DNA from: an uncultured bacterium
GTDB lineage: Bacteria > Verrucomicrobiota > Verrucomicrobiia > Limisphaerales > UBA8199
DNA: 64,000 nt
Direction: 5' to 3'
NCBI GenBank assembly: GCA_963749495.1
Contig: CAVVMW010000012.1
Location: forward strand, 64,001 to 128,000
Shown: positions 31,676 through 43,183 of the stretch, one piece after another
How positions within the stretch are numbered: position 1 is the stretch's first letter
Layout of the letters: every line of letters begins with the position of its first letter
Notes under the pieces: model-generated
Seen by the model: the letters and a program-made list of their open reading frames with translations, nothing else
What the model was told of the DNA's origin: nothing
Database searches by the model: none
Position numbers and translations under genes: made by a program

Positions 31676-34600
31676 ATGGACGATATAGAGCTACTGGAAA
31701 AGCCCGCAGCCGCTGCCAAGGCTGTCCCGACCGAAAAGGCCAGGAAGCCCGAACGAAGAATCGTGGTTTCAGACCAGGAGTGGGTCTCCCTGATCGTCCG
31801 CCTCTGCCGCAAGATCCGCCCGAACCTTTCGATAGCGGTGTGCCTGGGGAAATACGCGGACGTCAAGACTCTGCACAAGGCCTACACGGGCACCGTCACG
31901 CTCAACCCGCTCTACTTGACGCGAGAGCAGGCGGTCATCGCGGATACCGTCAGCCGCCATTGGATCGCCAATATCCAGGCGGTGGGCGACCGCTGCAAGA
32001 GCTACCGCGAACTGCTCGACAATTGCCTGGTCACCCTGAGCCTGCCGGCGCACGTGCTCGTCATCACCGGCCAACCCCAGGAGGCCCTTGCGCTCTTTGA
32101 CCAGCGCTACCGGCCCTTGATCGTTTCGCCTCGGCCGGTGCCGGGGCATTTGGGCAGCTTCACTCTGCGCCACAAAAACCGCGATTACGCCTATTTCTTC
32201 AACGCAGGCGGGCGGTGCAAGCTGGAGTACGAATCGGAGTACTACACCAGCCCGCACCATCTCCTGAGCAGCGACGATGTCATTGACAAGATTTACGTAA
32301 ACTTCCAGCAGTCCGATCTGCACGAAACCCTCAAGAGCGACCTCGCCGCCGCGCCGGGCCAATGCGAAATCATCCCGCTCCAGTACTTGGACACCCAGTT
32401 CAACCTCGGCGACCAGAGGAAAGTCAACGTTCCGGCGAGCGGGGTGCCGCAGGTGAGCGAATTGGCCGGCTTTTTCTGAAGCTCATGCCGGAGCTGATGG
32501 TTTACAACCCGGTGGAAATGCGGGAGACCTCCCTTTACACCGCCGTCCGGAATCCGTTGCTGGCCTCCTCCATCGGCTACGAGGAGACCGTTGCGCTGTA
32601 TCAATTGCTCGGGCTCGACTTCCCGGACAACGCCGAAAGCCGCCGCCGGGTGGAAAAGCAGGCTGACACTTACCGCCAGCAGACCGTGCCCATGATCAAG
32701 CCGACGGGCGACCAGTTGTTGGCCTATTATAAGCCGGGGTATTACACCGCGCAAAAGGACGTGTCCTTCCAGGTAGGCAAGAAGACGGTCCAGGCCTTCC
32801 TGCAGGGCAAAAAGTATTACGTTTATCCAATCCAGCACAGTGAAGTCATTGAGCTGCCCGAAGCGCAACTCTTGGAGGCCGAGGAGGGGGATGAGGCCAA
32901 AGCCAGGCTCACCCGCCGGACGATGAGCCTGCACTGCACCTACACCGCGCTGGCGATGACCAGCGAGTTGAGGCCAACCGAGATCCATGCCTACACGCAG
33001 CAGAATGGCGAGGCTTACAAGGTCATCACGGCCGATGAATACGAGCTGACCCGGCAAATCCAGCAGGCGGCCGCCATGGGGAACCCCGGCAAAGTGGACG
33101 AACTGAAAAAACGCCTGAAAGCGAGCTATGGCCGCCGCATCCACATCACCAGCAAAGACCCGAACCTGGCCCAGGTTCTTCAGGCCTTCCCGCCGCCCGA
33201 AATAAAAACGCTTTCGGAGGCTTACCCCGAGCAGTTGAAACGACGCATCGAATTGTTGAGCCGCACCAAGGCCCCGCTCACCGACATCCAGATTCTGCAC
33301 GCCGGCCTGGCCTCGCTCAAACGCGGCGCGGTCTTGACCCACCACGTAGGCTCCGGCAAGACCCGCATCGCCGCCTGCGCCGCCATCGCGGCCGGCGCAC
33401 GGCGCGTGGCCTTCATCGCCAAGAGCAAGATCCTGGGCGAGATCATCAAGGAACTGCGCGATGAACTCGGCCTGGACGTGACCCACATCCGCAGCGCTTC
33501 CTGCATTCAAAGATTGCGGGAGGAAGTCAGCCGGGGCGCAAAACCCGAGCGCACCAAGTTCTATGTCGTCTCCCAGGAGTTCCTGACCATCGGCGGATTA
33601 GCCAATCAGACCTTCGATCCCTACCCGATCGATTTGAAAGAGCTGGATAACGGCAACGAACGAATCCACACCCTGCTTTGCACGCGGGAGAACGCCGAGA
33701 AACAGATCAAGGACCAAATCCTCAAATTGCGGGAGGAACAGGTCGTCACGGGCGAGGTGAAGCGGGTCCCGTTCCACTTTCACCAGCACGTGCAGGAGTG
33801 CCCGCGCTGCATGGAGGCGGCCGCCCAGAAGTTCTTCCATGTCAGCAAAGACCGGAAATGGATTCAGTTGAGCTGCGCCACCCGGATGGCCATCCGGGAG
33901 CAGATCGTCGAGTTTGTCAAACGCGGCAAGACGGCGGCCGGCCTGCGTGAATTCGGCACCTTTTCGCGCCACGGACACTGCCGCGTGTGCGGTTACCTGG
34001 CGCGCAGCTATCGGCGGCTCCAAAACGATGCGCCCGAGGAGGTGGCCCCGGAGGTCGCCGACCTATTGGCCGCGCTGGGGGATGAGGAAAAGCCGCGCAA
34101 GGCGGACCAGGGTTTCCGCAGCGCGCTGCAATTCCCGGCTTACCGCCTGCTCAAGGACATGTTCGACACCAAGATATGCGACGAGGCCCACTCCTTGACC
34201 GGGGAATCCAAAGTCTACGAGGCCGTCAAATCCATCCACACCCGGAGAACGTATCTTTTGTCTGGAACGCTCCTGCGGCGCACGCCGGCGGAGATGTGGC
34301 AAATATTCACCCTGTTATGGGGGTACAATTCGCCGGAGTTCCCCTACGCCTACGATCAGCAGAGCGAGTTCATTGAGCAGCACGTGACTTTCCGGGTCAC
34401 CCGGGACGCCGTGCATGATCCAGACGGCAAGAAGATCGCCACGCGCCACAGCAAGCAGGAGATGCCCGAACCGGCCAATGCGCCCAAGCTCTGGAAATAT
34501 CTGCACCAGGCGCAACTCCACGCCACCAGCCGGGGCATGGGGCTGAAGATCCCCGAGGTGCGCCGCCATTTCCTGGCCATCCCCATGGAAGACGAGATCC

Positions 34601-35712
34601 TCGACGAATACGAGGAGGTCCTGCGGACCATGAAACAGACGTTCGTCTCCGACAAACCGGTGTTCAGCCTGAACCAGCGTCGCGACTGGTTCACGCAAAT
34701 AGCCGAGCTGCAGGCCATCGCGCTCAAAGCCAAGGTCAAACAGCTCATGACGCTGGCGCTGGAGATCGTGGCGTCGGGGCGGAACCTCATCGTGACCGCC
34801 AAGCAACAGAAGACCTACGAATTGCTGGTGCAAATGTTCACCGAGGCCGGGTTCGATTTCGTGAAGCTGGACGAGAAACGCCCGGCCCAACCCCACAAGC
34901 GCCGGGAGTGGATCGACGAGCATTATGTGCGCTCTCGCACCCCCATCTTCCTGACGCGAACGCCGCTCATCAATGAGAGCCTCAACAACCTGGTCAAAGC
35001 GTCGGCCGTCATCGTGGTGGAGGCCGAATACGTCTTCTACCCCCTGCAGCAATTGGAGGGGCGCATCGCCCGGCCCAAGCAAAAAGCGCCGGTAGTGGAC
35101 GTCACCTACATGGTCACCCAGCACCCGCAACGCGCCAGTATCGACGAGGCCATGCTGCAGATGGCGTTGCGCCGCAACAACGCCAACGTCGAGCTGGTCA
35201 GCGGAAACATCACGCAGCGCACCAACGAACAGTTGGTGGAAATGGCCGAGACCCAAAAGATGCGCGAGCTGGAGCTGATGCAGACGCTCCTGGCTGAGGC
35301 GCGTCCCGCCAACGTCACCAACATCGATTACCGGGCCGAGTTCGCGGCGCGCGAGGCGGAGATCGAAGCCGCCGAGCGCGCCAAGGCCGTCATTGTCGTG
35401 AAAGAGGATCTGCGCGAGCAACTCGACAAGAGCATCGCGCAGCCCGTGCCAGCCGCCGGCGATCCCTCGGCCAATTCAACCGAACCCATTCTCGCAATGC
35501 CGGGATCGGCTCTTGCAGCGGAACCGCCAAGAACCGGCTCAGTTGGAGTCCAAACCGTGGTGAACGGGAAGAATCTCGAATTGGATTTGGACCTGCTCTC
35601 AAGCCCTCATGCGTGCGCCCAGCCGAGCGCGCGGCACAGGTCCGTAACGCCTATTCCCAGGGCCGGCCGCCTGGCCGCTCAAGAGAACCTCCTGCTCCTG
35701 TTCGATGAGTAG
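31676..35712 (+). CDS. Large SF2 (SNF2-like) helicase; ORF 31676-32479 probably its N-terminus (frameshift in T run ~32475)
   Basis: HHVGSGKT, ICDEAH, LSGT, QQLEGRIARP; CPRC/CRVC insertion; frames join as ELAGF-LKLMPEL. Confidence 0.8.
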
Positions 35713-35740
35713 GCATTTGGCTGCCAAACACCAAAACGCC

Positions 35741-36835
35741 ATGAAGTTCAAAACCATCGCAAAGGAATTCCAACAGGCGCTGAGTGTCGTCGAAGGGATC
35801 ATCCCGGCGCGCACGCCGCTGCCCGCGGCGACGCACGTGTTGGTCGAGGTCAAGGGCGGAATGCTCACCCTGAGCGGCTCGGATTTGAACAGCCAGGTGC
35901 AGTATTCATTCCCCGCCGAAGGGGAAGACGGCGTGGCACTGGTGCCTGCCCGGAAACTTCTCGGGTTTGCCAAGACCCTCCAGGGCCAGGAACTGCACGC
36001 AGAGTCCACGCCGGAAAAAGGGCTCACCTTCACCACGGAAAACATCGAGCTGGCACTGCCCGGGCTGCCGCCGGACGACTTCCCTCGCGTGCCCAGCCCC
36101 ACCGGGGCCACCTTTAAAGTTGACCAATCCACTTTTTGCCGGGCACTGCGGATGACGGTTTTTGCCGCCGCCGTGGAGGACGACCGGCATGTGCTGCGGG
36201 GGTGTTACCTTCATTTCCCGGAAGGGCACGGCCGCGTCGTTGCGACCGACAGCCGCCGCCTGGCTCTCGCGCAGTTCATGCCGACCGCAGAGCCTTCCGA
36301 TCCGAACACGCAGTTCATCATCCCCAGCGGGATTGTCAAATTGCTCCTGACGCATTTGACCGGGGAAAGCGAGGTCACTTGCACCATTGGAGAGAAACAG
36401 GTCAGCTTCGAGTGTGCCACCGCCAACCATGGGTGTTACCAGCTGACATTCTCGAAACTCGAGGGCAATTACCCCAACTACAACAGGTTCATCCAGCCGT
36501 TGCAGCGGGAGAACACGATCGGCCGCGAGGCCCTCCTGCAGGCGCTGAAACGGGCCACCGCCGCTGTGGAAGAGAAAGAAGGCACAGTCGACCTTCAGTT
36601 CGAAGGCCGGCGCTTGGTTATCAAGGCCCAAACCACCTGCAAGTTCCACGAAGCGCTCGAAATGGATTACCAGGGCAGCCCCTTCACCACCGTCTTTGCG
36701 CCCCGGTACATTTCCGAGGCGCTTGAGGAAAGCCCCGATGACGAGGTGAAATTCGACCTGCAAGGGCCGCAATCCCCGCTGGTGATGCGCGGGCACGACT
36801 TCATGTACCTGGCCATGCCCCGACGCATTAACTGA
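35741..36835 (+). CDS. dnaN: DNA polymerase III beta sliding clamp
   Basis: LTLSGSDL, DDFP, VATDSRRLA, EGNYPNY, YLAMPRR. Confidence 0.92.
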   Translation: MKFKTIAKEFQQALSVVEGIIPARTPLPAATHVLVEVKGGMLTLSGSDLNSQVQYSFPAEGEDGVALVPARKLLGFAKTLQGQELHAESTPEKGLTFTTENIELALPGLPPDDFPRVPSPTGATFKVDQSTFCRALRMTVFAAAVEDDRHVLRGCYLHFPEGHGRVVATDSRRLALAQFMPTAEPSDPNTQFIIPSGIVKLLLTHLTGESEVTCTIGEKQVSFECATANHGCYQLTFSKLEGNYPNYNRFIQPLQRENTIGREALLQALKRATAAVEEKEGTVDLQFEGRRLVIKAQTTCKFHEALEMDYQGSPFTTVFAPRYISEALEESPDDEVKFDLQGPQSPLVMRGHDFMYLAMPRRIN

Positions 36836-36861
36836 CTCGATCAGCCGATCTTCCGCGAGAC

Positions 36862-38016
36862 ATGCAAAAGAACCTGGCAGAGCCGTTGTTCCCGGAGCGG
36901 GCAATCAGCTACGGGATGGCCCGAAGAATCCTGCTCCAGAACATGCAGAAGGACGTCAACATGCCCACCTGCTTTATCGGGCCGCCCGGGGTCGGCAAAA
37001 CGGCGCTGGTCGAGGATGTATGCGGAGATTTGAAGGCCCACCTTTGCGTGGTCCCTTTGTCCTGCTACGACGCGAGCGAACTCAAAGGCATCCCGCGCGT
37101 TCTGCCCTTGGAGGAGTTGCGCAAGCTCCACCCCGAGCACGTGAAGGAGGGCAACAGCGGGTTTGTGACCTACTACGCCCATAATTTCGAGTTTCCGGCC
37201 ACCAACGACCCCGACCTGTGGGTGTTCTTCTTCGACGAATTCAACACCGTGCCGCCCAGCACACAGGTGCCCATCTTCCAGGCGACTCAAAAGAGGTGCA
37301 TCACGGGCAGCTACCGGTTCCCGAAACAGAACCGCATCGTGCTGGCGGGAAACCGGCCCAAGGACTCCGAAGCGGTCCACCCCATCCCGAGCCCCATCAT
37401 TTCGCGCGTCAACCTGCATGAATTGACCTTTGACTACAAAGAATGGCTCCAGTGGGGAAGTCACATCCACCCGGGCATCCGCTCGTTCATCTCCAACAAT
37501 CCCGAAAGGCTGTGTTTCTTCACCAAGGAGATGGTGGAGGCAGTCCAACCCTACGCGACCCCGCGCACCTGGGATTATGCCAACACGATTCTCAAGGGAT
37601 ACACTGACGCGCATCTGGCGCACATGGAGCCAAAGGGCGAACCGTGGAGCCAGCTGCTGCACCACCTCTCGGGCACCACTGGATACGAAAACGTCTCCTT
37701 CCGCGACCATTCCCAGCGCACGCTGCTCCATTATCTCCAGGACGCCGCGCGCGAGGAACTGCAGGAGACTGGCCCCATCCTCGGCAGGGTCCGCGGTTGG
37801 GCGCAGGTCTTCGAGGGGAACCCTGAAAAACCGCGACTCCTCGTAATTCTCAAACATCTGCCGCAGCTGGATCCGTCCCAGGCCGCCATGTTCCTTAAGC
37901 GCCTGACGACAGCGGCTCCCGATATGGTAAGCCAGGCGCTCAGGGAACAGCCGGCGCTGGCCAAGATCATCACCAACGTCCCGGGACTCAAAGAAACCTT
38001 GGCCCAACTGAAATAG
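36862..38016 (+). CDS. MoxR-like AAA+ ATPase
   Basis: GPPGVGKT, ELKGIP, FFDEFN, AGNR, ATPRTW. Confidence 0.85.
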   Translation: MQKNLAEPLFPERAISYGMARRILLQNMQKDVNMPTCFIGPPGVGKTALVEDVCGDLKAHLCVVPLSCYDASELKGIPRVLPLEELRKLHPEHVKEGNSGFVTYYAHNFEFPATNDPDLWVFFFDEFNTVPPSTQVPIFQATQKRCITGSYRFPKQNRIVLAGNRPKDSEAVHPIPSPIISRVNLHELTFDYKEWLQWGSHIHPGIRSFISNNPERLCFFTKEMVEAVQPYATPRTWDYANTILKGYTDAHLAHMEPKGEPWSQLLHHLSGTTGYENVSFRDHSQRTLLHYLQDAAREELQETGPILGRVRGWAQVFEGNPEKPRLLVILKHLPQLDPSQAAMFLKRLTTAAPDMVSQALREQPALAKIITNVPGLKETLAQLK

Positions 38017-38054
38017 CACGCACCAGAGCACAGCCCTAAAATGGAGAGGATTTT

Positions 38055-38717
38055 ATGCAACTGAAAATCGTGACGGGCAGCGGCATCTTTCGCTTCAACC
38101 AAGCGGGCCAGCCCATCCCGGACATCACCGAACCTTTTGTGCTGGTCGAGGTCTACGCCAAGGAGGACGTGGTGGCCTTGTATGACCAGGGGGCGGAGCA
38201 TCTGGCCAACGCCTTCACCTACGACGGCAACCGGATCACGGGCATGAGCGCCGATGCCGCGGAACACATCCAGAGTTTCTTCCTCGCCGAGGGGGCCTGG
38301 TACCTCCAGGAGCTCAATAGCCCGGAAAAGGATGGCGGAACCTCTGCGCAAGCAGCGGCCACCGAAATCCAGGCAGGGATGCCGGCTCCAGGGGCAAATG
38401 GACAAACGGGAACGAACGACCCAGGGTTCTTCGTGCCCACGCTCGAGCAGCGCCAGCTCTTGCGCGACATCCAGGTCACGGCGGAGGCCCTGCGCCATAT
38501 CGAACCCGACCCGACTGCGGGTTGGGATCGCCAGGTCCAGAAACTCTTGCTCTCGCAGCAAGTATTCGGAATCGGCGACCCGGAAAAAGCCTACTCGGAA
38601 GGAAAGGCCAGCCTCGAACGGCTGATTGGCCAGGCCAGATCTGCGGGGATTCCGGCCAACGTCGTGGACAGCAACGTTGCGCAGGGTGACGTGCCCGAGA
38701 TGGAGGAGGAAGAGTAA
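38055..38717 (+). CDS. Hypothetical acidic protein
   Basis: 220-aa ORF with GAGG RBS. Confidence 0.7.
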   Translation: MQLKIVTGSGIFRFNQAGQPIPDITEPFVLVEVYAKEDVVALYDQGAEHLANAFTYDGNRITGMSADAAEHIQSFFLAEGAWYLQELNSPEKDGGTSAQAAATEIQAGMPAPGANGQTGTNDPGFFVPTLEQRQLLRDIQVTAEALRHIEPDPTAGWDRQVQKLLLSQQVFGIGDPEKAYSEGKASLERLIGQARSAGIPANVVDSNVAQGDVPEMEEEE

Positions 38718-38883
38718 TCCGCGCCGCCTGGGGGATTCCGGTGAGGACGAGAGACGCCGGGGGTGCCGCGTAGGCCGGTTACGCAACCAGGGAGCTCCGT
38801 TTTGAGTGGGACCCGATACACGCTTCGGGTGCAAAACCTCGTCAACAGTTCAACGAACGAGCGATGGGAACCTAAAATGGAGC

Positions 38884-39867
38884 ATGAAGATAGCCCCAGG
38901 CCCAAGTTTTCCACCCGGAGTCACATGTTATGTGGACCTGACCGGGTTCCTTCATCGCCTGGCCTACATGCCGGGTCCTCATGGCATGAATCCCCAGCAG
39001 GTCACTTCCAGGCTCACCGGCGAGCCGACCTGGGGAATCGTTGGCACGTTCAACCAACTCAACACACTGGCCAAGCAACGGCCTGCCCGTGTCGTCGCAT
39101 TTGCGGACTCCTCCCAGGACGGCTTCCGCGCCGAATTGCTTCCAGACTACAAGCGCAAGAACGGATCCCCTTATCTCGGCCGCCAACTCGACCGCCTCGC
39201 ACGATGTCTCCCTCACCTGGGAATCGCCGTGGTCGGTGCCCGCAATGAATTTCCAGGCATGGAGGCGGAAGACCTGATTGCCCGCACCGTCAAATCGGCG
39301 CGCGAACCTGCGGTGGTTGTTTCTTACGACAAGGACCTGCTCCAGCTCGTCGGGGAGGAAGTCAGCCACTACAATCCATACAAGAAGCACCTGGTCACCC
39401 CTGACAGCATCGGCGCGTACCTGAAGCAGGGATTCCTCCCGACCAAGGCGGAGTTGACCGGACACGATATGGCAGTGTTTCTTGCCTGCACTGGCGATGA
39501 TTCCGACGGGATCAGGCCAATCGGCGGCGTTGGCCCGGTAAGGCTGGGGCAGTATTACGAGAAGCTCCCAGGAGGGCTGTCAAATTCTGCGAAGCTCGAC
39601 GCGCTTCGTGCCGTCGATTTGGAGGTCAGAGGGCGCGCGGGTAAAGTCGCCGACTGGAATCAAGCACGGCTTAACCTTCAGGCGACGGATTTGGACACCG
39701 ACCGCCAGCACAGCGTCAATCTGGGCACAATCCCTGAGCCCCGCCCCAACAAGGAGGCCTTCCGGCAAGTTCTGGAAGAGCTGACCATGCAGTCCTTCAT
39801 CAAGGAGTACGACCGGTGGTTTGCACCCTTTGAAGCCCTCAACCAGCCGTCACTTTCGATAGCTTGA
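38884..39867 (+). CDS. 5'-3' exonuclease (PolA-N/FEN-like)
   Basis: YVD, FRAELLPDYK, EAEDLI, SYDKDLLQL, GDDSDGIRPIGGVG. Confidence 0.9.
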   Translation: MKIAPGPSFPPGVTCYVDLTGFLHRLAYMPGPHGMNPQQVTSRLTGEPTWGIVGTFNQLNTLAKQRPARVVAFADSSQDGFRAELLPDYKRKNGSPYLGRQLDRLARCLPHLGIAVVGARNEFPGMEAEDLIARTVKSAREPAVVVSYDKDLLQLVGEEVSHYNPYKKHLVTPDSIGAYLKQGFLPTKAELTGHDMAVFLACTGDDSDGIRPIGGVGPVRLGQYYEKLPGGLSNSAKLDALRAVDLEVRGRAGKVADWNQARLNLQATDLDTDRQHSVNLGTIPEPRPNKEAFRQVLEELTMQSFIKEYDRWFAPFEALNQPSLSIA

Positions 39868-39928
39868 GAAATGCGACCCCGCCGGACAAGGCCGATGGCA
39901 ATCCTGGTTTGAGGGGACGCGTATTTCC

Positions 39929-41101
39929 ATGGCCCAAAACACCTTTTCCTTTGCCGCCGTTGCCGCAGTGGGCGCCTGCTGGGGATCCTTCCTCCGCGTG
40001 GCTTCGCACGGCACGCTTGGCCCCAGAGCCCTCATCCCGGTCAGCTCCAAACGTCCGGCTGTGGAGTTGCTGACCGCCGGCCTTTTCGTGGGTTGCTACT
40101 GCCTCACGCACGACATGCTCTCCGCCTCCCTCCTGGGGGTCGTCTTCACGCTTTACACGCTCGGAGCGGTATGCGACCACCAGACTTTCTATCTGCCGGC
40201 GATCACTTTGGAGGGAGCCTTGATAGGGGCCATCGCGCTGGCAGTGTTTCGGCCTGGAGCAACCAATCCGGCAGCCGTCAACTACGGCGCCGTTGCCGCC
40301 ACCCTCAATCATCTCGAGGGAGGTGCCGTTCTGCTCGGCACAATGGTGCTGATCAAGAAGTTCGGAGAACACTCCCTTCGCACCGCATGTGAGGGCAGGA
40401 CGCAATTTGAAATCAGCGAAAAAGGAATCGCCATCTCGGACGAGTGCGGATCCGATTTCACGCCTTGGGAGGACTTTCGTTTCACCAAGATCGTTCCCCG
40501 AAAGGGCATTCTTTGCATCCGCAGCGGAAAGGCGGAGAGTTTCCAACCCGGCGAGATCGAGATACACGATGGCAGCGTTCGTCACCTTGGCCACGAACTC
40601 GACCTGGGGAAGGGAGCGATCACGATTCAGACCACCAGGTTTCTCGCCTACCGCAACGCGATGGGTCTTGGCAACGTCCTGTTGGCACCGTCACTGGGAG
40701 TCCTGCTGGGGTTCAACATTGGCCTGTTTGAAATGTTCCTGCTGGCCTCGACAACCGGCACTGCTCACGGGCTCTACCTGAAGCGCAACGATCGGCGGCT
40801 TCCGTTTGGCCCTCACCTGATGAGCGCCACGGCGTATGTCATTCTCAGCCGGGCACCACGTGGCGCCATCCATAGCGAAAATGTTCGGATTTCACGGCTG
40901 ACGGCTTACGCAGAACTGCTCCAGTGGCCAAGGCCCATTTTTGCTCTCAGACTGGCGGGCGGAATTTCAATCCCGCGGGCCTTTCAGCCCGAAGCCCACA
41001 CTCCGCGACCCGCGTCCGGCTGGGGCCGTTTTTCCATTTCAACAAGCGGCCCGAGTGCGATTGGAGTCAACGGCGCAACCTGCAGGCGCGCGGACGGTTG
41101 A
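39929..41101 (+). CDS. Prepilin peptidase (A24, PilD-like)
   Basis: Multi-TM; CDHQTFYLP, MGLGN, LPFGPHL; C-terminal extension may reflect a frameshift. Confidence 0.7.
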   Translation: MAQNTFSFAAVAAVGACWGSFLRVASHGTLGPRALIPVSSKRPAVELLTAGLFVGCYCLTHDMLSASLLGVVFTLYTLGAVCDHQTFYLPAITLEGALIGAIALAVFRPGATNPAAVNYGAVAATLNHLEGGAVLLGTMVLIKKFGEHSLRTACEGRTQFEISEKGIAISDECGSDFTPWEDFRFTKIVPRKGILCIRSGKAESFQPGEIEIHDGSVRHLGHELDLGKGAITIQTTRFLAYRNAMGLGNVLLAPSLGVLLGFNIGLFEMFLLASTTGTAHGLYLKRNDRRLPFGPHLMSATAYVILSRAPRGAIHSENVRISRLTAYAELLQWPRPIFALRLAGGISIPRAFQPEAHTPRPASGWGRFSISTSGPSAIGVNGATCRRADG

Positions 41102-41214
41102 AAAAGCCTGCGCTCAAGAGTGGAGCGCCAAACGACGCCAAACACAAAGCCGTGAATCCGTTCGTCAAAACGTCACAACTCAAGACCAAGCTGCCGGGGT
41201 ATGCGGTCGCGCGC

Positions 41215-42568
41215 ATGCACGCGCTCAATCATCAGACGCTCCAGCATCTGGCCTCCCACCACCGCGAAAAGTTCCTCAAGGCTTTCAAATACGTCCAGGC
41301 CAATATCATCAGCGGCATCACCGTAAGCCGCGGCATCGCCAGACTGCAAACATGACGGCATCTCGGCCTACTTTTATTGGGAAAACGGCCAGTCTCCCAT
41401 CGTTTTCCACATGCCGGCGTGCGCGCTGGAGGTCGGACTGCCGGTGGCGGAGGAGTTGGCGGCGGCCCTCGAGCAGAACGGAAACACCAGCGCCTTGCTG
41501 GCGTGCGAACTCGCGGTCGGCGGCGGGCGCTCCCACAGCTACAACGTGGTCCGCATCGTGAATTCCCCCGCCTCCCGCGCGGAGCTGGAGAAACTCCATC
41601 TGGTGATGCTGGATGTCATCATCCTCGACAAGCAGGAGAAGCAGGGGCTCGGCTACGACGAGCGCGTCAAAACCCTGCAAGGCCTGCCTCAAATCCCAAG
41701 AGCTCACTGCCCTGATTTCCGGGAGGTCAACGGGCTCGACCAGCTCAACGCCTATTACAAGCAGCAACTGGACAAGGGCCAGGAGGGCATTGTCCTGCAC
41801 GATGTGACCACCCGCGTCGCGTACAAGATCAAGCCGAAATTCAACCTCGACCTGGCCATCGTGGGTTACGTGGAAGGCACCGAGGAGTTGGCCGGCAACG
41901 TGGTTTCCATCATGGGCGCGTTGGTTTCCGGCGCCTCATATCAACTGGTCGCCCGGGTGGGAGTGGCCGAGCCGGCGCTTCGCGAAAGGCTCTTCAAGGA
42001 ATTATCCGGGAAGGCGATCACCGCCAATTACACCGAAACCGATTCCGATGGGCGCCCCATAATTTGGGTGCGGCCGGTTAAAGCGATGGAGATTAACGCG
42101 GAGGACGCGCTTTGGGACGACACCGACGGCAAGCCCTGGGCGAACACCGTTCTTCAACTGGAGGACCAGGGCTATCGCTACCAGGGACAGGGTTTCATCC
42201 TGAAGCCGTTCCACCCGACGCTGGAGCGAATCCGCGAGGACAAACCGGCGGGCGAATGCACCTTCAAGCAGTTGAATGCCGTGAACCTGCGGCTCAAGCA
42301 GACCGCCAACGGCAAGCCGGCGAAGGTCTTCCTGCGGGAGGTGTACACCAAAGCGCTCAAAGGCAACACGGCCGTGCGCAAGATCGTCGCCTGGGAGCAG
42401 GAGCGTGAAGGCTATCCCCGGTTCGTCGTCCACACGGTGGATTACAGCCCCGGCCGTGCCAAACCGCTCGAGGAGGCAAGCAAGGCAACCGACAACCAGG
42501 GCGAGGCCAGGAAGTTCATCGATGACTGGAGGGCCTCCGAAATCACCAAAGGCTGGGCAAGAGCCTGA
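41215..42568 (+). CDS. ATP-dependent DNA ligase (frameshift near 41340)
   Basis: KHDG (41348-59) in frame with ORF 41411-42568; ACEL, MLDV, EGIV, YKIKP; OB-fold DLAIVGY. Confidence 0.8.
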
Positions 42569-42580
42569 AAGGAAGCATTT

Positions 42581-43165
42581 ATGGCAGCCTGTGCATTCAA
42601 TATCAACAACGCCAAGCGCGTGAGCGAACTGCAGAAGATTACTCGCGATGATCTTTACGGAAGCCGCCGGGTCCAGGCGCTGGGGCCGGACAACAAGCTC
42701 TTGCGGCGGGCCGGAGTTCCTGAAGAGGGCAACCTCTACCTGGTTTCCGGCGACATCGCGCGAACTACGCGCGCCGGCGAACAGTTTACGCTCGCTCCAG
42801 TCGAAGTCGTGGACAGCGCCACCGGGCAGAAGAAGGATGTGGTGCCGAGTTCGTTCAAGCAGTCCCCGGAATTTCGCAAAGCCACCGCCGAGGAGGTGAG
42901 CCTGCTGGAGGTGGCGTCGGTTTACCGGCTCCCCGGCGCGCAACTCCAGCCAGGGGCTTTCTACATCGGCACGTTCAACTACCGGGATGGATTTGAGCGC
43001 AACGACGCCGCCGTCCTCGCCAATGGGCACGGGACGTTCCTGCTCGTTGGAAAGATCAAGAAGCCGGGCTTCGTCGGGATGGAAATTGACTCCCAGCTTA
43101 TCGCGGAGTCGGCGGCCAGCGAGGAAGCGGGGGAGGCGACGGAGAACTTCGAATCCTTGTTTTAA
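42581..43165 (+). CDS. Hypothetical protein (possible divergent Ku-like)
   Basis: 194 aa, operonic with ligase; fold is inference. Confidence 0.65.
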   Translation: MAACAFNINNAKRVSELQKITRDDLYGSRRVQALGPDNKLLRRAGVPEEGNLYLVSGDIARTTRAGEQFTLAPVEVVDSATGQKKDVVPSSFKQSPEFRKATAEEVSLLEVASVYRLPGAQLQPGAFYIGTFNYRDGFERNDAAVLANGHGTFLLVGKIKKPGFVGMEIDSQLIAESAASEEAGEATENFESLF

Positions 43166-43183
43166 CCCGGAACGGAGATCCAC

